This document shows positions 13,256 to 26,876 of a DNA stretch of 64,000 nucleotides, piece after piece. The position numbers and the translations under genes were made by a program. How positions within the stretch are numbered: the first letter of the stretch is position 1; every line of letters starts with the position of its first letter. This stretch comes from Podarcis bocagei. Lineage: Eukaryota. The DNA lies in assembly GCA_964188305.1 (NCBI GenBank), contig OZ076888.1; one strand, 5' to 3'. The notes beneath the pieces were generated by a model. It saw nothing but the letters and a program-made list of their open reading frames with translations. It was not told the origin of the DNA and ran no database searches.

Positions 13256-14858
13256 CCTCCATCCCATAGACCTCACTAGACCTACCAGACTTCCCTATAT
13301 GGTCCTTGAGGCCATTTCAGCCATGCCATGTCCTCCTGCCTTACACCTGACATCATATATAAACAAACATGACATCAGGTGTGGGGCAGGTAAAGATGTG
13401 GCTGGTCCCAGCTGACCGGTGGCACTTGCAAAGCCCCTTGCATGTTTTTTTGTTTGCAAGCCTACTTAGTTGATCATTGGGACTTGCGTGGGGCTTTGCA
13501 TGACTCCTTGCAAAGCCTGCCAATCAGGTTTAATAAGCTGCCTGACTCCTGAATCGTTACTGCATCATCACTGAGCAAATTTAAGGGAGTACACAAAGGA
13601 ATGGGATGGCAGCCAGCCTCATCCTCTTGCTTGTGAGTGGCTCTGCCCTATAGAAGCACTATACTAGGGCCAGTAATTGTGTGACCACTCACCTCCCATC
13701 CCATTCTGGCACTGCTGCAGCCTCCCAGTAAGGAGGGAGAGGACTGTCACCACCCCCAGCCAATAGTCAGGGATGACTGGAGTCCTGCAACACCTGGGGA
13801 GCCCACAGTTTCTCCACCCCTGGTATAGAGAGAGCCTTAAAAAGTGCCACATAATTGCTCGAAAAGGAAGGCAAAGTATTATTGTTCCATTTGCCAATAA
13901 TCTATAAACACATCTGCCAGGGGGAAATTGATAAAATTTCATACTGGAAAGCACCTAAATTGCATTTCCTTTGCTTTGCCATTGCTGGAAGAGGAAATCA
14001 TATTTTGTTATTTATTTAAAAAAAAAAGTACATGCGGTGACTTCTTTGCATAAAAACACAAAGCTAAGCAGGGAGTTTGGGAGGCTGCGTGGGAGAGCAA
14101 CAGATTTATTTGTTTACATCTCACTTAGACCATTCTATTTATCTTTTCTTATACAGTGCACATCACAGGCCCGAGCTATTCATTATTCAAGGGGTCCTCT
14201 CCTGGTTCTATTGCCAAGTGAACTTGTCATGTGGAACAGTCTTGCTGAAAAATGAAATGGGACAGAAATTTATTCCCCTCTCCCCACCCCCTTTTGTTTT
14301 TTTGCTGGAAAGTACCTTGCTCTCACAAAAGCAAAAATTTGAGGGGCGTCAGGTGCAGGAAAGGAAGCCGTCTTGGTATCTGCTCACAATGCTTGGCCTT
14401 TGCATGCCTGGCGTATGTTCCTAGATGAAGTGTCAGAATGGCAATGTAATGAATAGAGTGTTATAACTTCTTCCAAGAAAACAATGGATACACTGAGGTG
14501 GAGGTTTGGGCTGACATAGGAATTACTGGAGCTGAGTTATGGCATATTTGGAATGTGGTGCAATAGGCAATGGACATGAAATGCAATTCTCTGCATGCTG
14601 ATGATAGTCATCGTGAAGGAGGCTGAAGGAGTGTGTGGATGTAGGTTTATATTCTTCTGCCATCTGTTCATGTTATATATGATAATAAAAGCCTGCGTGA
14701 TCTCCTGGCTGAGTTCAACCTAAAGCAAGAAGTTTCCTGCTGGAATACTCATGAGATGTTGGAAGTTTCAGTCAACCCGTCAGGGTGTCTTCTCTGCTAC
14801 ATTCCAAATCTGCTTAAATTGGAGGTGCTAGTCCAGATCTTCTGTATGTTTGCCCATA

Positions 14859-15100
14859 CAGTGGTACCTCGGGTTAAGTACTTAATTCATTCCAGAGGTC
14901 CGTTCTTAACCTGAAATTGTTCTTAACCTGAAGCACCACTTTAGCTAATGGGGCCTCCAGCTGCTGCCGTGCCGCCGGAACACGATTTCTGTTCTCATCC
15001 TGAAGCAAAGTTCTTAACCCGAGGTACTATTTCTGGGTTAGCGGAGTCTGTAACCTGAAGTGTCTGTAACCTGAAGCGTATGTAACCCGAGGTACCACTG
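14859..15100 (+). mobile_element. Tigger-like MITE, family B
   Basis: TA|CAGTGGTACCTCGGGTTA...TAACCCGAGGTACCACTG|TA; five copies in the window. Confidence 0.9.
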
Positions 15101-16857
15101 TACTTGTCTCATGGAGTTCAGTGCTGCTTACTGGCCATCCTGTCCACATAGGATTTCAGCCACAGTCTGCTAAGAGAGATCTGTTATTATTAACAATCAA
15201 ATGACCTACAGTGTGACAGTCCTTGTCTGCAGGTTTACAATCTAATGAACATGACAGAAGAGGGAAAAGGAATGAGGAGGGAAGAGGAAAATAGTAAGCA
15301 CCCCTTCTTAAAGTTGCATAGATGCTCTTACAATGGCCGACTAACTTGAACAGAGACAATTCAGAGAGGAGAAGAGTCAAATAGCAAATGATCTTCCCAC
15401 CGAGTCCAGGGAGCTGGCTGCCCCATCTCTCCCTCAGCTGCAGCTATGGGAACCACTTAGGATGCATATTTGCATAAAAATTGTATATGCTAATTTATAT
15501 TAAAATTATAATAGATTTAGGAGTAAAATGCTAAACAATTGCTAAAAATAATGACTGAAGTCTGTAACCAGATGACCTGTATGCCAACTCAGACAGCTGC
15601 CCAGCTGCTGACAGTTCAGTCTTCAAGGACCATCCTGTCCCTCCTTCTGGCTCTTTCTCTTTATCTAGATTAGACAGCTCTTCAGATAGAGGACTGCTTG
15701 AAACAGAGGAGTCTTCCCTGTAAAATAAGACATACGGCTACCCTAGCTGCAGCCAGGAGGAATGACTGCTAATAGCTGACATTTCCAGGATAGGATGAGC
15801 CATAGATGATGCTATGCCTTCCAGGATCAATATTGTCTTGACTGTAGGTGGTGAAATTACTGGTTGAGAAACTAGGACATTTCCTGGGATATATCACCAA
15901 CCTCAGAAGTTGCTACTGATAGGGCTGGATAGGACTGTTACAGAAAGATGCTTCTTGAGTTTTGAACTGTGTTTTAGTGACTTTTTGGCAGCATTTATCT
16001 GTCTCAAAAGACAGTGGGGTTCACCTCTGGAGGTGAAGTCAAAATTGCTGCGTTAGCAGCACCAAAGTGACCTTTCCGGGGCACAAGCCTGGGCATGGGC
16101 AGTGTGTATGGACATTCATCAATTACCCTCACTTGGTTTAGTTGGCCAGTCATAGCAGTTTCCGGGATGGGGCCATTGTCACATACTGACAGCTTCTAGA
16201 AGTCACAGACAAGAGCTGAGTGCAGGATGAGAACCAAAGGTGGACAAACTACCCCAAATGGAACACAATGTGTTCCCCATCAGAGGTGGTACTCCTCCCC
16301 TAACACCCAAATACTCCAAAATCCACTGCAGGGTGGACAACATGGGATATATCCATTTGTTGAGGAAGTGCATGCTCCTCAAAGGTATTTACCAGTAATT
16401 GTTCTGAGTTGTTTCCTGCAACCTGCATGTGTGATTTTAATATGTTACCTGAAAGATGATTAGTGCTCTCCAAGCTGAGATAGAAGCTCATGTCAGAAAC
16501 AAAGTACATTGTGCATTGTTTTTCTCTGTAATGCAACCCTCAGAATACAGCAGGACGTTCTTTATCTGTGCCATCAGCAGTCTCTCTGACTGCCTTCCCA
16601 CCATACATTCAAGGCACATGATTTCCCCCAAAGAATCCTGGGAGCTGAAGTTTGTTAAGGGTGTTGAGAATTCTAGGATTGCAAGGGGCAAACTAGATTT
16701 CCCAGGATTCTTTGGGTGGGGTGGGTGCTTTAAATGTATGGCATAAACACAGCCTCCTCCTCTTCCTATATGTCTACTTGCTCTTTGATATACAGTATAG
16801 GTAATCCTGTGCTCTGAGTCCATCATCTTAGTATCTTTAAAGTATTTTATTTTAAAG

Positions 16858-16980
16858 CAGAGATAGGCAACCTGTGGCCTTCCAGATGCTTTTGGACCAC
16901 AATTCCCATCAGCCTTAGATGGTCAGGGATGATGGGGGTTGTAGTCCAGCAACATCTGGAAGGCCGCAGGTTGCATATCT
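16858..16980. mobile_element. Old palindromic hAT-like MITE (ccagatgttgttggactacaactcccatc family)
   Basis: Self-complementary element; other degraded copies near 22665, 26305, 35805, 48378, 54720 and 62310. Confidence 0.65.
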
Positions 16981-18049
16981 ATAATTTAAAAGAAAACATT
17001 GCTATCCCTTTCTCACAGAGACTCACAAGTAAGAGCATTTCCAGACTGGGTGGGAGTCAATCACATACTGGCAAATTCAGGTTGTGTAATTATAGTGGAT
17101 TGGGAGGTATTAAGCAACAAATCCACCTCCTCAAAAGATCAGGGTTTTTTTGCGATAGGGAAAGTGATGAGAAAATGCACTTGAACATGTGGGATGACAT
17201 TTCCGTGACGCAATGTTATTTGGCCTCCATGCAAACAAATAAGAGTGAATGCTCACTAAACAGTCACTGTCTAATCTCCCTGCAAACAAATGGAGATGAG
17301 AGACAACTCATTTGGAAGCGCTCCAAAATACTTTTTTCAGGATGCCAACATTATTTATCTTCCCTTTCCCCCCTCTTCTCCTCTTTGCTAATAGTCTTAG
17401 CTCCAGCCTTAAGCTCTAACTAGTGGGTGGTACACACAACTCTCTCTTTAACCCCTTTGCCCATACAGGCCCGGTTCACTAAGCCATACTTTAAAATAAA
17501 CTCTCTTTTCATGTACAAGAGTGATTTGCTCCTCCCCTGCTCCAGATTGTGCCACTTGTGGAAGAAAACAAGCCAGAGTCTGGCTTGTTGTGACTCATGA
17601 ACCCAGGCTTGAGGTTTCTCTAAACAAACCATGAGCAGAAGCCAAGTTTGGTTCTTGACTTCCACCTGTGCATTCAGAGGAACCAAACCATGAGCCCAGG
17701 TCTGCACATCACCACAAACCATGCTTCTGTCCCTCATGGCCCAGCCAGGAGGGGGTGAAGGGCAAAGTAATCATGTGCTTATTTTAAACGATAGTTTAAT
17801 GTTGCATGGGAACTATACTGCATAAGGGATGGGGCACTCACAAGCCTGTTTAACTGGAATTCCTCAACTTTCCCCATCCTTATTTTAACCATGCTTAAGC
17901 CATATGTTGGCACAGGCCATAATATTATGATCCATACATCAATTCATGTGGGGCCTGAATAGAGACAATGGTTTCTTATTTCACTGCAAATATTCATTAA
18001 CTCAATATCACCAAGTTGATTGTTTTAGCACCTACCACTTTAGTTGCAA

Positions 18050-18275
18050 AGAGTCACTGTGCTTAGTTTCATACATTCTAGCTCTAATTTAATTTTCCTC
18101 TGTGTACTTCTTGCATTTCATTTTTCTCTGAGCTCAGTGGTTATAATTTCTCCCTGCTGCCAACCTGTAATTGCGAACCGTACCTCATGCACCTGATGAA
18201 GCAAACTCTAGTCCACAAATGTCAAAGCCATAATAAATTAGTTAGTCCTTAAGATGTCACGAGACTCTTTGCTGT
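18050..18275 (+). mobile_element. Degenerate Penelope-like element 3' end
   Basis: CTGATGA at 18193 followed by ...AATAAA-TTAGTTAGTCCTTAAG, as I recall for sauropsid Penelope termini. Confidence 0.55.
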
Positions 18276-19892
18276 TCAATATTAGCTATGTTTTTTGAAA
18301 CCAAGCTCTCAAAGCCATGGTTGAAAGTGGACCTTAGTTCGCACCAACCATGGTTGAAGTCAACATCAGCATAAGCCTTAATCAAGGGTAAGATCAGCAA
18401 GGACAATTTGTACTGAAGTGTGCGAAGCAGAACTCCCAAACTCCCAGGGTAGCCGAAGCTTATATTTTTAAGGAGAGTTTCATGCTTCCCATGAAAACAT
18501 AGAGGAAGTAATTACTGGATCAGCCAGTTTCCTTTTCTGTGTGCTGATTTTTAAAATATAATTTTAAGAAGAGCTTTTTTTATTAATGTAACCTCATGTT
18601 CAACAGACAGTACAACATTTCTTTTGATTTCAAAGAGTTGCATTTCTAAAAAGGCATGTCTCCGTCCTTCAACTCGAGATAGAGACTATTTCAAGAAAAG
18701 AACTCCCTTGACATCACGCACTGTCATGTCATATTATGTTCTAGGGCATCTCATCTCTCTGCCTTACCAATGTTATGAAGCAGATCCACTCTACGTGGAA
18801 ACGGTACAGGCCCCTTTAGCAGAGACAGAAACATCAGGATATTTGCTTGGCTATGTAAATTATTCCACGGGGTTAAGAAGTGCAATTCATAATGCTTTCA
18901 TTGGAAGTGTATATCCTCGACATCTCGACAGGCCCTTGTGCTTTAGCAGGATGGTTGCCATATATGGACTTTGAAAGAAAGGAGTTCAGATGCAATTCCG
19001 TGTTTCAAGGGAGAAGGGAGGAAATTATTTCTCTTTGCCTAAGAAATCGAGAAACTCTTACACTAAAGGAGCAACATCATTCCAAGATGAGAAGTAGCAA
19101 TGAGAACCTTTGCAATTCCTGTCAGTGACTTGTTCATCAAACTTCATAAACTTCAAAGATGTTAGATGAGTTGCAAAGAAACCAAAGCATCTTCCTGCAA
19201 ATGTTTCCACCACTTGTATTGTATTCATAATTAGGTTTGTCACATATTTACTGACAGAATGAAGACAAAAATCACATTACTGATTCCTAGACTATTTCAT
19301 ACTGCTTTACTATTTATTATTAGATCCCCTGATTTCTTCAAACAATTCCTAATAAGAACACTTCCAGCTTGCTATAATGGACCATTTTGGCTCTTGGCTT
19401 ATTGTGGGCCCCTCTAGACTGGTTTGTGTGTGAGAGCGTGTCCTGTAAGATGTCATTGGCACAACAACAGTGCTTTTGCAGTGGATATATAGTTTATCAT
19501 TCACACAACATTCTGCTTTATTAGTTGTTTTTCAAAGCTTCCCCAATGTTACCGCTTTATTGCCATCTGGTAGGGCACTTTTGCACTATAGCACAACATA
19601 GGCAGGACAAACACACACCCCTGGGACATTTGTGGTATAAAAAGTTACTGGATTTCAGCAGGAAGCGATGGGATAAGTCCCAATTGGAAACGAGGCAGTA
19701 TGTCTACACCGAAAGCTTTGTAGGTGTAAACAGCATTGAAAGCAGAATCATGTATAATATTAATGAATGCACTATAAAACAAAGGACATCTGGAGGGATG
19801 CTATGGCTACTTCCAGACTAGGATATTATATGTCAGCAAATGTAGGTGGATTAGGTACTCTTGTGCTCTTTTATCAGGACAGATAAAAAGAA

Positions 19893-20090
19893 GACCCTCC
19901 CAGAACTACAGTTCCTAGAGTGGTTTAACAAGCAATCACTCTCCACAGGGAACTCTGGAAATTGTAACTCTGTGAGGAGATAGGGGTCTCCTAACAACTC
20001 TCAGCACCCTTAACAAACAACAGCTCCCAGAATTCTTTGACTGTTTAAAATGGCATCATACTGCTTTCAATGTATGCTGTGAATGTGGCC
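19893..20090. mobile_element. Old palindromic non-autonomous DNA element
   Basis: ccaaagaatcctgggaactgtag-type family; related copies near 3670-3840, 16600-16745 and 27590-27780. Confidence 0.5.
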
Positions 20091-20399
20091 TGAGTCTATT
20101 TTGTTCTCTTCCCCATTCTTTCTGCCACCTGCTTACTTGCCACGGAGAGCCAACGAGCAGGCAGGCAGTGACATAAATTGCTCCTCCTTTTCAGCACCGC
20201 TGCTGATCTGGGTCAGAGTGTGAGGTGGGTGAGCAGGCCGTCACAGTGATGAAGTGGTGGACAAGCTCCAGGGTTGCTCTCATCAGTAGGGTCTGTGATG
20301 GGTTGTGGACCCCTGGCTGTTTCAAGTTCACTGGCACAAAGACAGAGCAGTGCAAATTACCCTCACGCCATAATATGAAAACACACACATCAGAGTCAG

Positions 20400-21480
20400 T
20401 ATTATAGTAGACAAGCAACTTCTGAACAGCCTCCCACCCCGACCCAGCAAGGGAAAAAAGGAAGGCAATGTTTTCTGGGAAATGCTTATGTGATTAACAA
20501 TACTTCTAAGTGGCCGCCTTTGAAATTCCAACTCCTGGAAAGCAGCTAAGCAGTTTTTCCTGGCAAAGTCGGCCTTGCATAATGCGTTATGTCCGTGGCA
20601 GCTGTTCCTATCTCTTTTGGAAGCCCTTTCACCACTTTCTTTCTTTACAATTTTGTGCTCTGTGGTTCCAGTAAATGCATCAGGAAGGAAAAGCACTTCT
20701 TGGTTATTTGGGGAAATATTCAGTAAAACGTCCTCACTTCACCACCACTCCTCCTTGCCCTCCCTCACTTCATTGTAGCAGCAGCAGTAGACAAACCTCA
20801 TTGGGCGGACACCATCTGCAAAGAAAAAGAGTCAGTGAGGTGCAGGGGGGTGGCGGTGGGGCGGGGGGAAGAGGGAGTGTGTTATGTGCTTCCACTGAAA
20901 TCGGGTTGTTTGGAAAGCACTGAAGTAGGTCGGCTCTAAATACATCCCAACAATCTCACTGACACTTCAGATTTATTCTCAGCGTTACTCAGTGCACTAG
21001 GAAGGAAAATTAAAGGCGCTGTCAGGGGGAAAAGAAATTTAAAGCTATAAAAAAGTTTTAAGGAAATGCTTTAAAATCTCAGTCCCGGCATTTATGGCTC
21101 CAAACTGTTATAAGGATATTTATAGGTTTAGTGGCAATAGGAAACATATGGTGCCCGCCCCCAGAAATATTCTTTCAATTATACCCCCGCGTGGATCTCT
21201 TAAATAGCCTTTTGTTCATCATTTTGTACATTAGGTGAGAAGCACCACTCTGTTTCACAAGGAGATGCTATAAACAAGCATCTTGTCTTAGCAGATGTTA
21301 AAATGTGTTTTAAAGAAGAAGCCTTTTGCTGCTGATTGAAATTTTGACAAACACAGGCTTCCTATGTGTGCGCGTTGGTGTCCGTGAGCGCCTGATTATG
21401 AATACCACAGTTGTTGGGCCACACAGCATGTGTGATTTATTTATGAATACATATTTGGTGCTTTGGAGATTTCTCGGTGT
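20400..21480. promoter_or_regulatory. Candidate conserved non-coding element / enhancer block
   Basis: No recognisable TE; retained CpGs; TTTATGG, TTTATAG and TGTCA homeodomain/TALE-type motifs. Conservation is inferred, not tested. Confidence 0.4.
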
Positions 21481-21998
21481 CTGCCTTCCCCAGCAAACCG
21501 CCCCTCTCCATTTCTAGTAGGTGTCTTTTGTGATAGTTTCACTGATACCCGTGGTGTAATAGCATTTCCTGCTAAGCTCAGGGATCAGATTCCAGTTTTC
21601 TAGAGTTCAGCCAAGGAACTCAGCCATCATAGGGTGAGCCTTTGCTTTATTCCAGTCACTTTTTATGGTGGTGTGAATCAAACTTTCAATGTGGCAAACA
21701 GCAAGACCCAAAAGGAATGTTGGATGTGTTGTAGAATGATCGCACCAGGAAAAGAGGCATGGAGAAGTCTAAAATTAAAATAGGCTTTATTTAAAAAGGA
21801 GTTAGCTGGTCTGCTGACTGTGCTACTGACAGCCGGTCCCATTTACTTGGGGCCTTCCCCAAACCTAAAAGGGAGCTGCTGTACAGTCACACATCCAGTT
21901 AAATCAGGGATGTTGTTGAATTCCATCTCCCCTCAGCCACAGCCAGCACAGCTGATGATCAGGAATGATGGAAGCTGTACACCTGGAGGGCCACAGTT

Positions 21999-22612
21999 TG
22001 TCAGGAGCTGGCATCAGACGTAGGTCTACAATAAAACAATCACCAGATGTCAATGAAGTTAACTCTTTATTCAAAGGAACAAAGCAGCTCAGTCCTAGTG
22101 GTCACAGCAACCCTTCCCAGTTGGTCTTGCCTCAATGAAGCAGTTGTGAGGACTGAAGGTCCCTGCCTTCCCACTGCTCTCTAAGGCTTCTCCCCCTGTT
22201 CCTTCCCCAGCAGCTGCAGGCTTCGTTATCTTGCCTCTTGTTGCTCCACCGTCTTCATTTCTCTGCATCTTCAGGGAGATGGGGGGGGGGAGGAGGAAGA
22301 GGGAGGGAACTGGTTGCAGCAGGAGAGGGAGACTTCCTGGATTCTTCAGCGGCCTGCCTCATCTATGTCTCCTGGCTCCCCTCATCTCCTGCCTCTGAGT
22401 CTGGACTGCTCTCTGTCCCAGCCTCTTCCTGCTGACTAAACCCAGTTGCCTCTTCAGTTTCCGACACTACCTCTTCCCAGTCTGCTCCCTCTTCTCTCTC
22501 TGAGCATGCACCGTCATCCCACCACCAATCCGCTGGCTCCGAGACTGCCTCCCCTGGAGGTTCCGCAGCTGGTGCCTTCTCCCACTCCTCCATATCCAGC
22601 CAGTCCATGACA
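21999..22612 (-). mobile_element. Solo LTR (Gypsy-type features)
   Basis: TGTCA...TGACA termini; 5-bp TSD cagtt/caggt; minus-strand AATAAA near 22066; splits an older MITE. Confidence 0.75.
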
Positions 22613-24266
22613 CAGGTTCATTACCACCATCATTGGAAGCTCCCTTAAAGCATTACTCTACACCAGTCTTCTCTAACCTTTTGCCACCAGTTGTCATTGG
22701 ACTACAACTCCCATTATCCCTGACCATTGCCCAACCTGGCTGAAGAGTTTTAGTCCAACAACATCTGTGGACCCAAGGTTGAAGAACGCTGGTTTACACT
22801 GAATGGCAGCAGCTCTGTAGGATTTCAGATGGGGGGTTTTTCCAGCCCTACCTGGAGCAGAGCTGGCTCTATGGGAACATGACTGGTATGATCACACTGG
22901 GTGCAGAACTTCTGGGACGCTGCAGCAGGTGCCACCACTATTACATCCAATGGAAGGTGAGAGGTGAAGGGGTGCTGAATTTTGGCATCACACAGGGTGC
23001 CACTGAAATTTGAGACACCCAAAGTCTGTCACTGCCTGGAGATGTCATGGATTAAATCTAGAACCTTCTGTCAGCAAAGCAAGTGCTCTATCTCCAAGGC
23101 ATGCCCCTTTCCTGGATCTTTATTTCTGTGGCAGGGCAGCTGGGATTCAATGTCATTACCTCATTTTAAATAAGCAGAGCTGCCAGCTTTGCCATGTGCA
23201 AGGTAGCACTATTCTTTCCAAATATTCCTAGAAATTGACATTTCAGGAATCAAGAAGGAGAAGAGAGAGGAACGAAAGAAAGCAGCAGCGGTGGCCTTGA
23301 TTTCTGTAGAGAAACATGAGATATGGGAGTACCTCACAACATTCCAGACCCAACTCTTCTTCTACTCAGGGGCAAATGAATTGCTGACCAAGGTTTTATA
23401 TCCATCTCCCTTACGGCTGGAATTGTCTGCCCTGTCGCAAGGTGTTCAGATTGTGGGCCCACATGTGTCTTGAACACACCCACACCCATACCCACACCTC
23501 CAATAATGAAGAATGACACATTAATATGTCGTGTTTAGAGTGCTATCCTGAAGAAAAGGCACCGTGAGATATAAAGAAGTCATTAATGCGATTCTAAAGT
23601 AGGCTTCCGTCTGTGAGGTTGTCAGTTCTAAAGGAGCGTTTGAAAGGTTTGCCTCTGAGATTTCTTAATTGCTTTGAACATTCTATGGGAAGACCAGACT
23701 GATAGTTTTTCTTACATCTCATGCTCTTTTGTAGTGCAGCTAAAAAAGGGAGACTTTAAAGATTGTCTTAAAAGGCAGCATTTGAAGGCTCCTGCTTTTA
23801 ACATAGGGCTAAAATTAGATCCTTAGACTATAGCATTCTCAGTTGCTGTGAGGTGCTCTGTAGCCCTACTGTATGATGAAGAAACATAAATCCGCAGCTC
23901 AAGTTACTTCACAACTGGCTTTCCTGTAAACCCTTTTGCTAATCTTTAAGAAATGTTTCCTTACAAATGAGTTTAATAGGAAAGTTTGATATATGTTGTC
24001 CCACCCTTCTGAAAGAAGTCTGTTGTCAAAGTTCTGTCTTCTTAGACACTGGTAGGAGGTAGTAATAATATAACATTCTCCTTTATGTTGGAGTTTGAGT
24101 TCAATAATGTAAGGAGAACAGGAATATAGGAAGCTGTCTTCCTGTGCAGACAATAATAAGTATGAGTCAGAACATGGGTCCATCTAGCTGGATATTGTCT
24201 ACACTGACTGGCAGGAGCTCTACAGAAATTGAGATAGAGGACATTTCCACCTCTACTTTGGAGATA

Positions 24267-24620
24267 AAGGTAAAGGTAAAGGGACCCCTAACCATTAGGT
24301 CCAGTTGTGGCTGACTCTTGGGTTGCGGCACTCATCTCGCTTTCGTGGCTGAGGGAGCCAGCATACAGCTTCCGGGTCATGTGGCCAGCATGACTAAGTC
24401 ACTTCTGGTGAACCAGAGCAGTGCACGGAAACACCGTTTACCTTCCCACTGGAGCGATACCTATTTATCTACTTGCACTTTGACGTGCTTTCGAACTGCT
24501 AGGTTGGCAGGAGCAGGGACCGAACAATGGGAGCTCACCCCGTCACGGGGATTCGAACTGCCGACCTTCTGATAGGCAAGTCCTAGGCTCTGTGGTTTAA
24601 CCCACAGTGCCACCCACGTC
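24267..24620 (-). mobile_element. Sauria SINE, full length
   Basis: (ACCTTT)n tail; tRNA-like head; perfect 11-bp TSD CTTTGGAGATA. Confidence 0.93.
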
Positions 24621-25060
24621 CTTTGGAGATACCAGTGACTGAACCTAGGGCTTTCTGCAAAATGGATGCTGTATTGCTGAGCTATGTTTCTTCCCCAAGG
24701 AAATGAAAGCTTGTGCATGCAGAAGACCTGCATAAGGACATGAAAAACATACTTGCATCCTACACGGAGTATGGACAGTCTCCTTTTAATAACCAGCATG
24801 GTGTAGTGATTTGAAAGTTAGATTAGAGGCCAAGCAACATGTTTTTAAAATACTGTGCTTAAACTGGCTTCTTTGGTGTGGGGGTCTGGTGGCAGTGGCA
24901 GGCGGGTGAGCGAGTGGGCAGAGGGAGATTATGGTATAGTCATAGGGGCCTGATCCCAGCCCGAAAGTGTTCTCAACCTGGATTGGGGCCCTACACCAGT
25001 TTCCTGTCTAAGTTCCTCTTGTTATTTGCTCCCAAAGATGTCATTTGTGGTTTGCAGCAA

Positions 25061-25062
<2 letters not shown>

Positions 25063-25097
<35 letters not shown>
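25063..25097. repeat. (TG)n microsatellite
   Basis: Visible directly. Confidence 0.95.
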
Positions 25098-25099
<2 letters not shown>

Positions 25100-25191
25100 G
25101 GAGGAGAATTATTTTTGGTCAGAAATCAGAAACACATTCCAGACCTGCAACTGCTTTCCCTTCAAATTAAGAGACACCAATTTAAGCACAC

Positions 25192-25192
<1 letters not shown>

Positions 25193-25237
<45 letters not shown>

Positions 25238-25250
25238 TATTATTATTATT
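25193..25250. repeat. (ATT)n microsatellite
   Basis: Visible directly. Confidence 0.95.
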
Positions 25251-25281
25251 TAAAGTGTGTTTATCATGTAGTTGGGCCCTA

Positions 25282-25508
25282 GAAAGCACATCAAAGTGCA
25301 AGTAGATAAATAGGTACCGCTCCGGCAGGAAGGTCAACAGTGTTTCTGTGCGCTGCTCTGGTTCGCCAGAGTCGACTTAGTCATGCTGGCCACATGACCC
25401 GGAAGCTGTATGCCAGCTCCCTCAGCCAATAAAGCAAGATAAGCACCGCAACCCCAGAGTCGGTCACAACTGGACCTAAGGGTCAGGGGTCCCTTTACCT
25501 TTACCTTT
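25282..25508 (+). mobile_element. Sauria SINE, 5'-truncated
   Basis: Matches the 3' part of 60819-61175; ACCTTT tail. Confidence 0.9.
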
Positions 25509-25510
25509 GC

Positions 25511-25840
25511 CAGACCCTCCAAGTGTCCCTATTTTCCAGGGATGTCCCTGAGTCAGAGAAGCCATCCTGGTTTCTGATTTGGTCCTGGAATGTCCCCCTT
25601 TTCCTTCGGATGCCCCTATTTTCATTGGAGAAATGTTGGAGGGTATGAAGTTATCAGACCCCCAAGCCATCTAAAGGCAATCCTGTATAGGGAGGGTTTT
25701 TTCTGTCTAATGTTTAATGTTTTAATATATGTTGCAAGCTGTCCAGAGTAGCAGGTAAGATGTGTGGGGAGATAAACAGTAAAATTATCATTATGGAATG
25801 GGATGTCCCTATTTTAATCGGATAAATGTTGGAGGGTATG
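25511..25840 (+). mobile_element. MITE (CAGACCCTCCAA TIR) carrying an L2 3' fragment
   Basis: TIRs CAGACCCTCCAA / TTGGAGGGTATG; inverted sibling at 26554-26876; partial copies near 27800 and 35370. Confidence 0.7.
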
Positions 25841-26553
25841 TAGTACGAGCAAGACCTGGGTTTAAATCCTCACTCCCCACAAAACTCGCCAGGCGACCTT
25901 GCGCTGGTCAATTTCTTGCTTCACTCCAAACAGGGCAGCGATGGAAAATATATCACGGATTTCATTAGCAGAGCTGCACTGTGGCCCAATCCCCGTCATC
26001 GCCTGGTTCTAAAAATAACTCTTCTCCCCGCTTCCCCGCCTTAACCACCTAAGCCATTTACCATCCAGGTGTGCTGTGCTGTGCTCTTTGCCACAACGTA
26101 TTCACACAGTCTTCTCCTGCTGCCTCTCCTCCACTCTCAGTAAAATTGAGTAACTTGTTGCCCAGCATGAAGCAAGCCCAGTCTGCAGGCTGAAGCACAA
26201 AACTGCATTTTAAAAAGCAGAAAAGGCAGCTGGCTTATTGAGTTTGTGGCAGTTGTAGGCTCTAAACAAAGCAGATCCCACCCTCTTCTTAGGATGCTAG
26301 AGAAGCTTTCACCAGCCTGGTGCCCTTCAGATGTTTTGGACAACAACTCCCATAAGACCCAGCTAGTCCCAACACACCTGGATGGCGCCAGCAGGGTGGA
26401 ATCTATGCTAGAAGTTCATTGCTCTTGTCTGTCCTTATGTCAATGCAAAGCAGACGTCATGGATTTCAGCAGAATTACATAGCAAAAAGCGATTTGAGGA
26501 TTGTGGGTCCAGTTTTGATCTTTTGGGAAGAGTCTGCATATAGCATAGCATTC

Positions 26554-26876
26554 CATGCCCTCCAACATTTCTCCAGTGAAAATAGGCAAATTCTTCTTCT
26601 TCTTCTTCGGATTCCAACATACCGTATATAAAAACATAATACTGTAAAACATTAAACAATTTCCCTATACAGGGCTGCCTTCAGATGTTTTCTAAAGCTC
26701 TTATCTCCTTGGCTCGGGGGGTGTGTGTCACATAACTCCATACCCTTCAACATTTCTCTGATGAAAATAGGGACGTCTTAAGGAGAAGCGGGACATTCTG
26801 GGATCAAATCAGAAACAGGGATGGCTTCTGTAAATCTGGGACTGTCCCTGGAAATTAGGGATACTTGAAGGGTCTG
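26554..26876 (-). mobile_element. Same MITE family, inverted copy
   Basis: CATGCCCTCCAAC...GAAGGGTCTG; flanked by a GCATTC direct repeat. Confidence 0.7.

Noticed and set aside
12843-13415. 190-aa ORF (and 47236-47772)
   Set aside because: Antisense frame of BovB.
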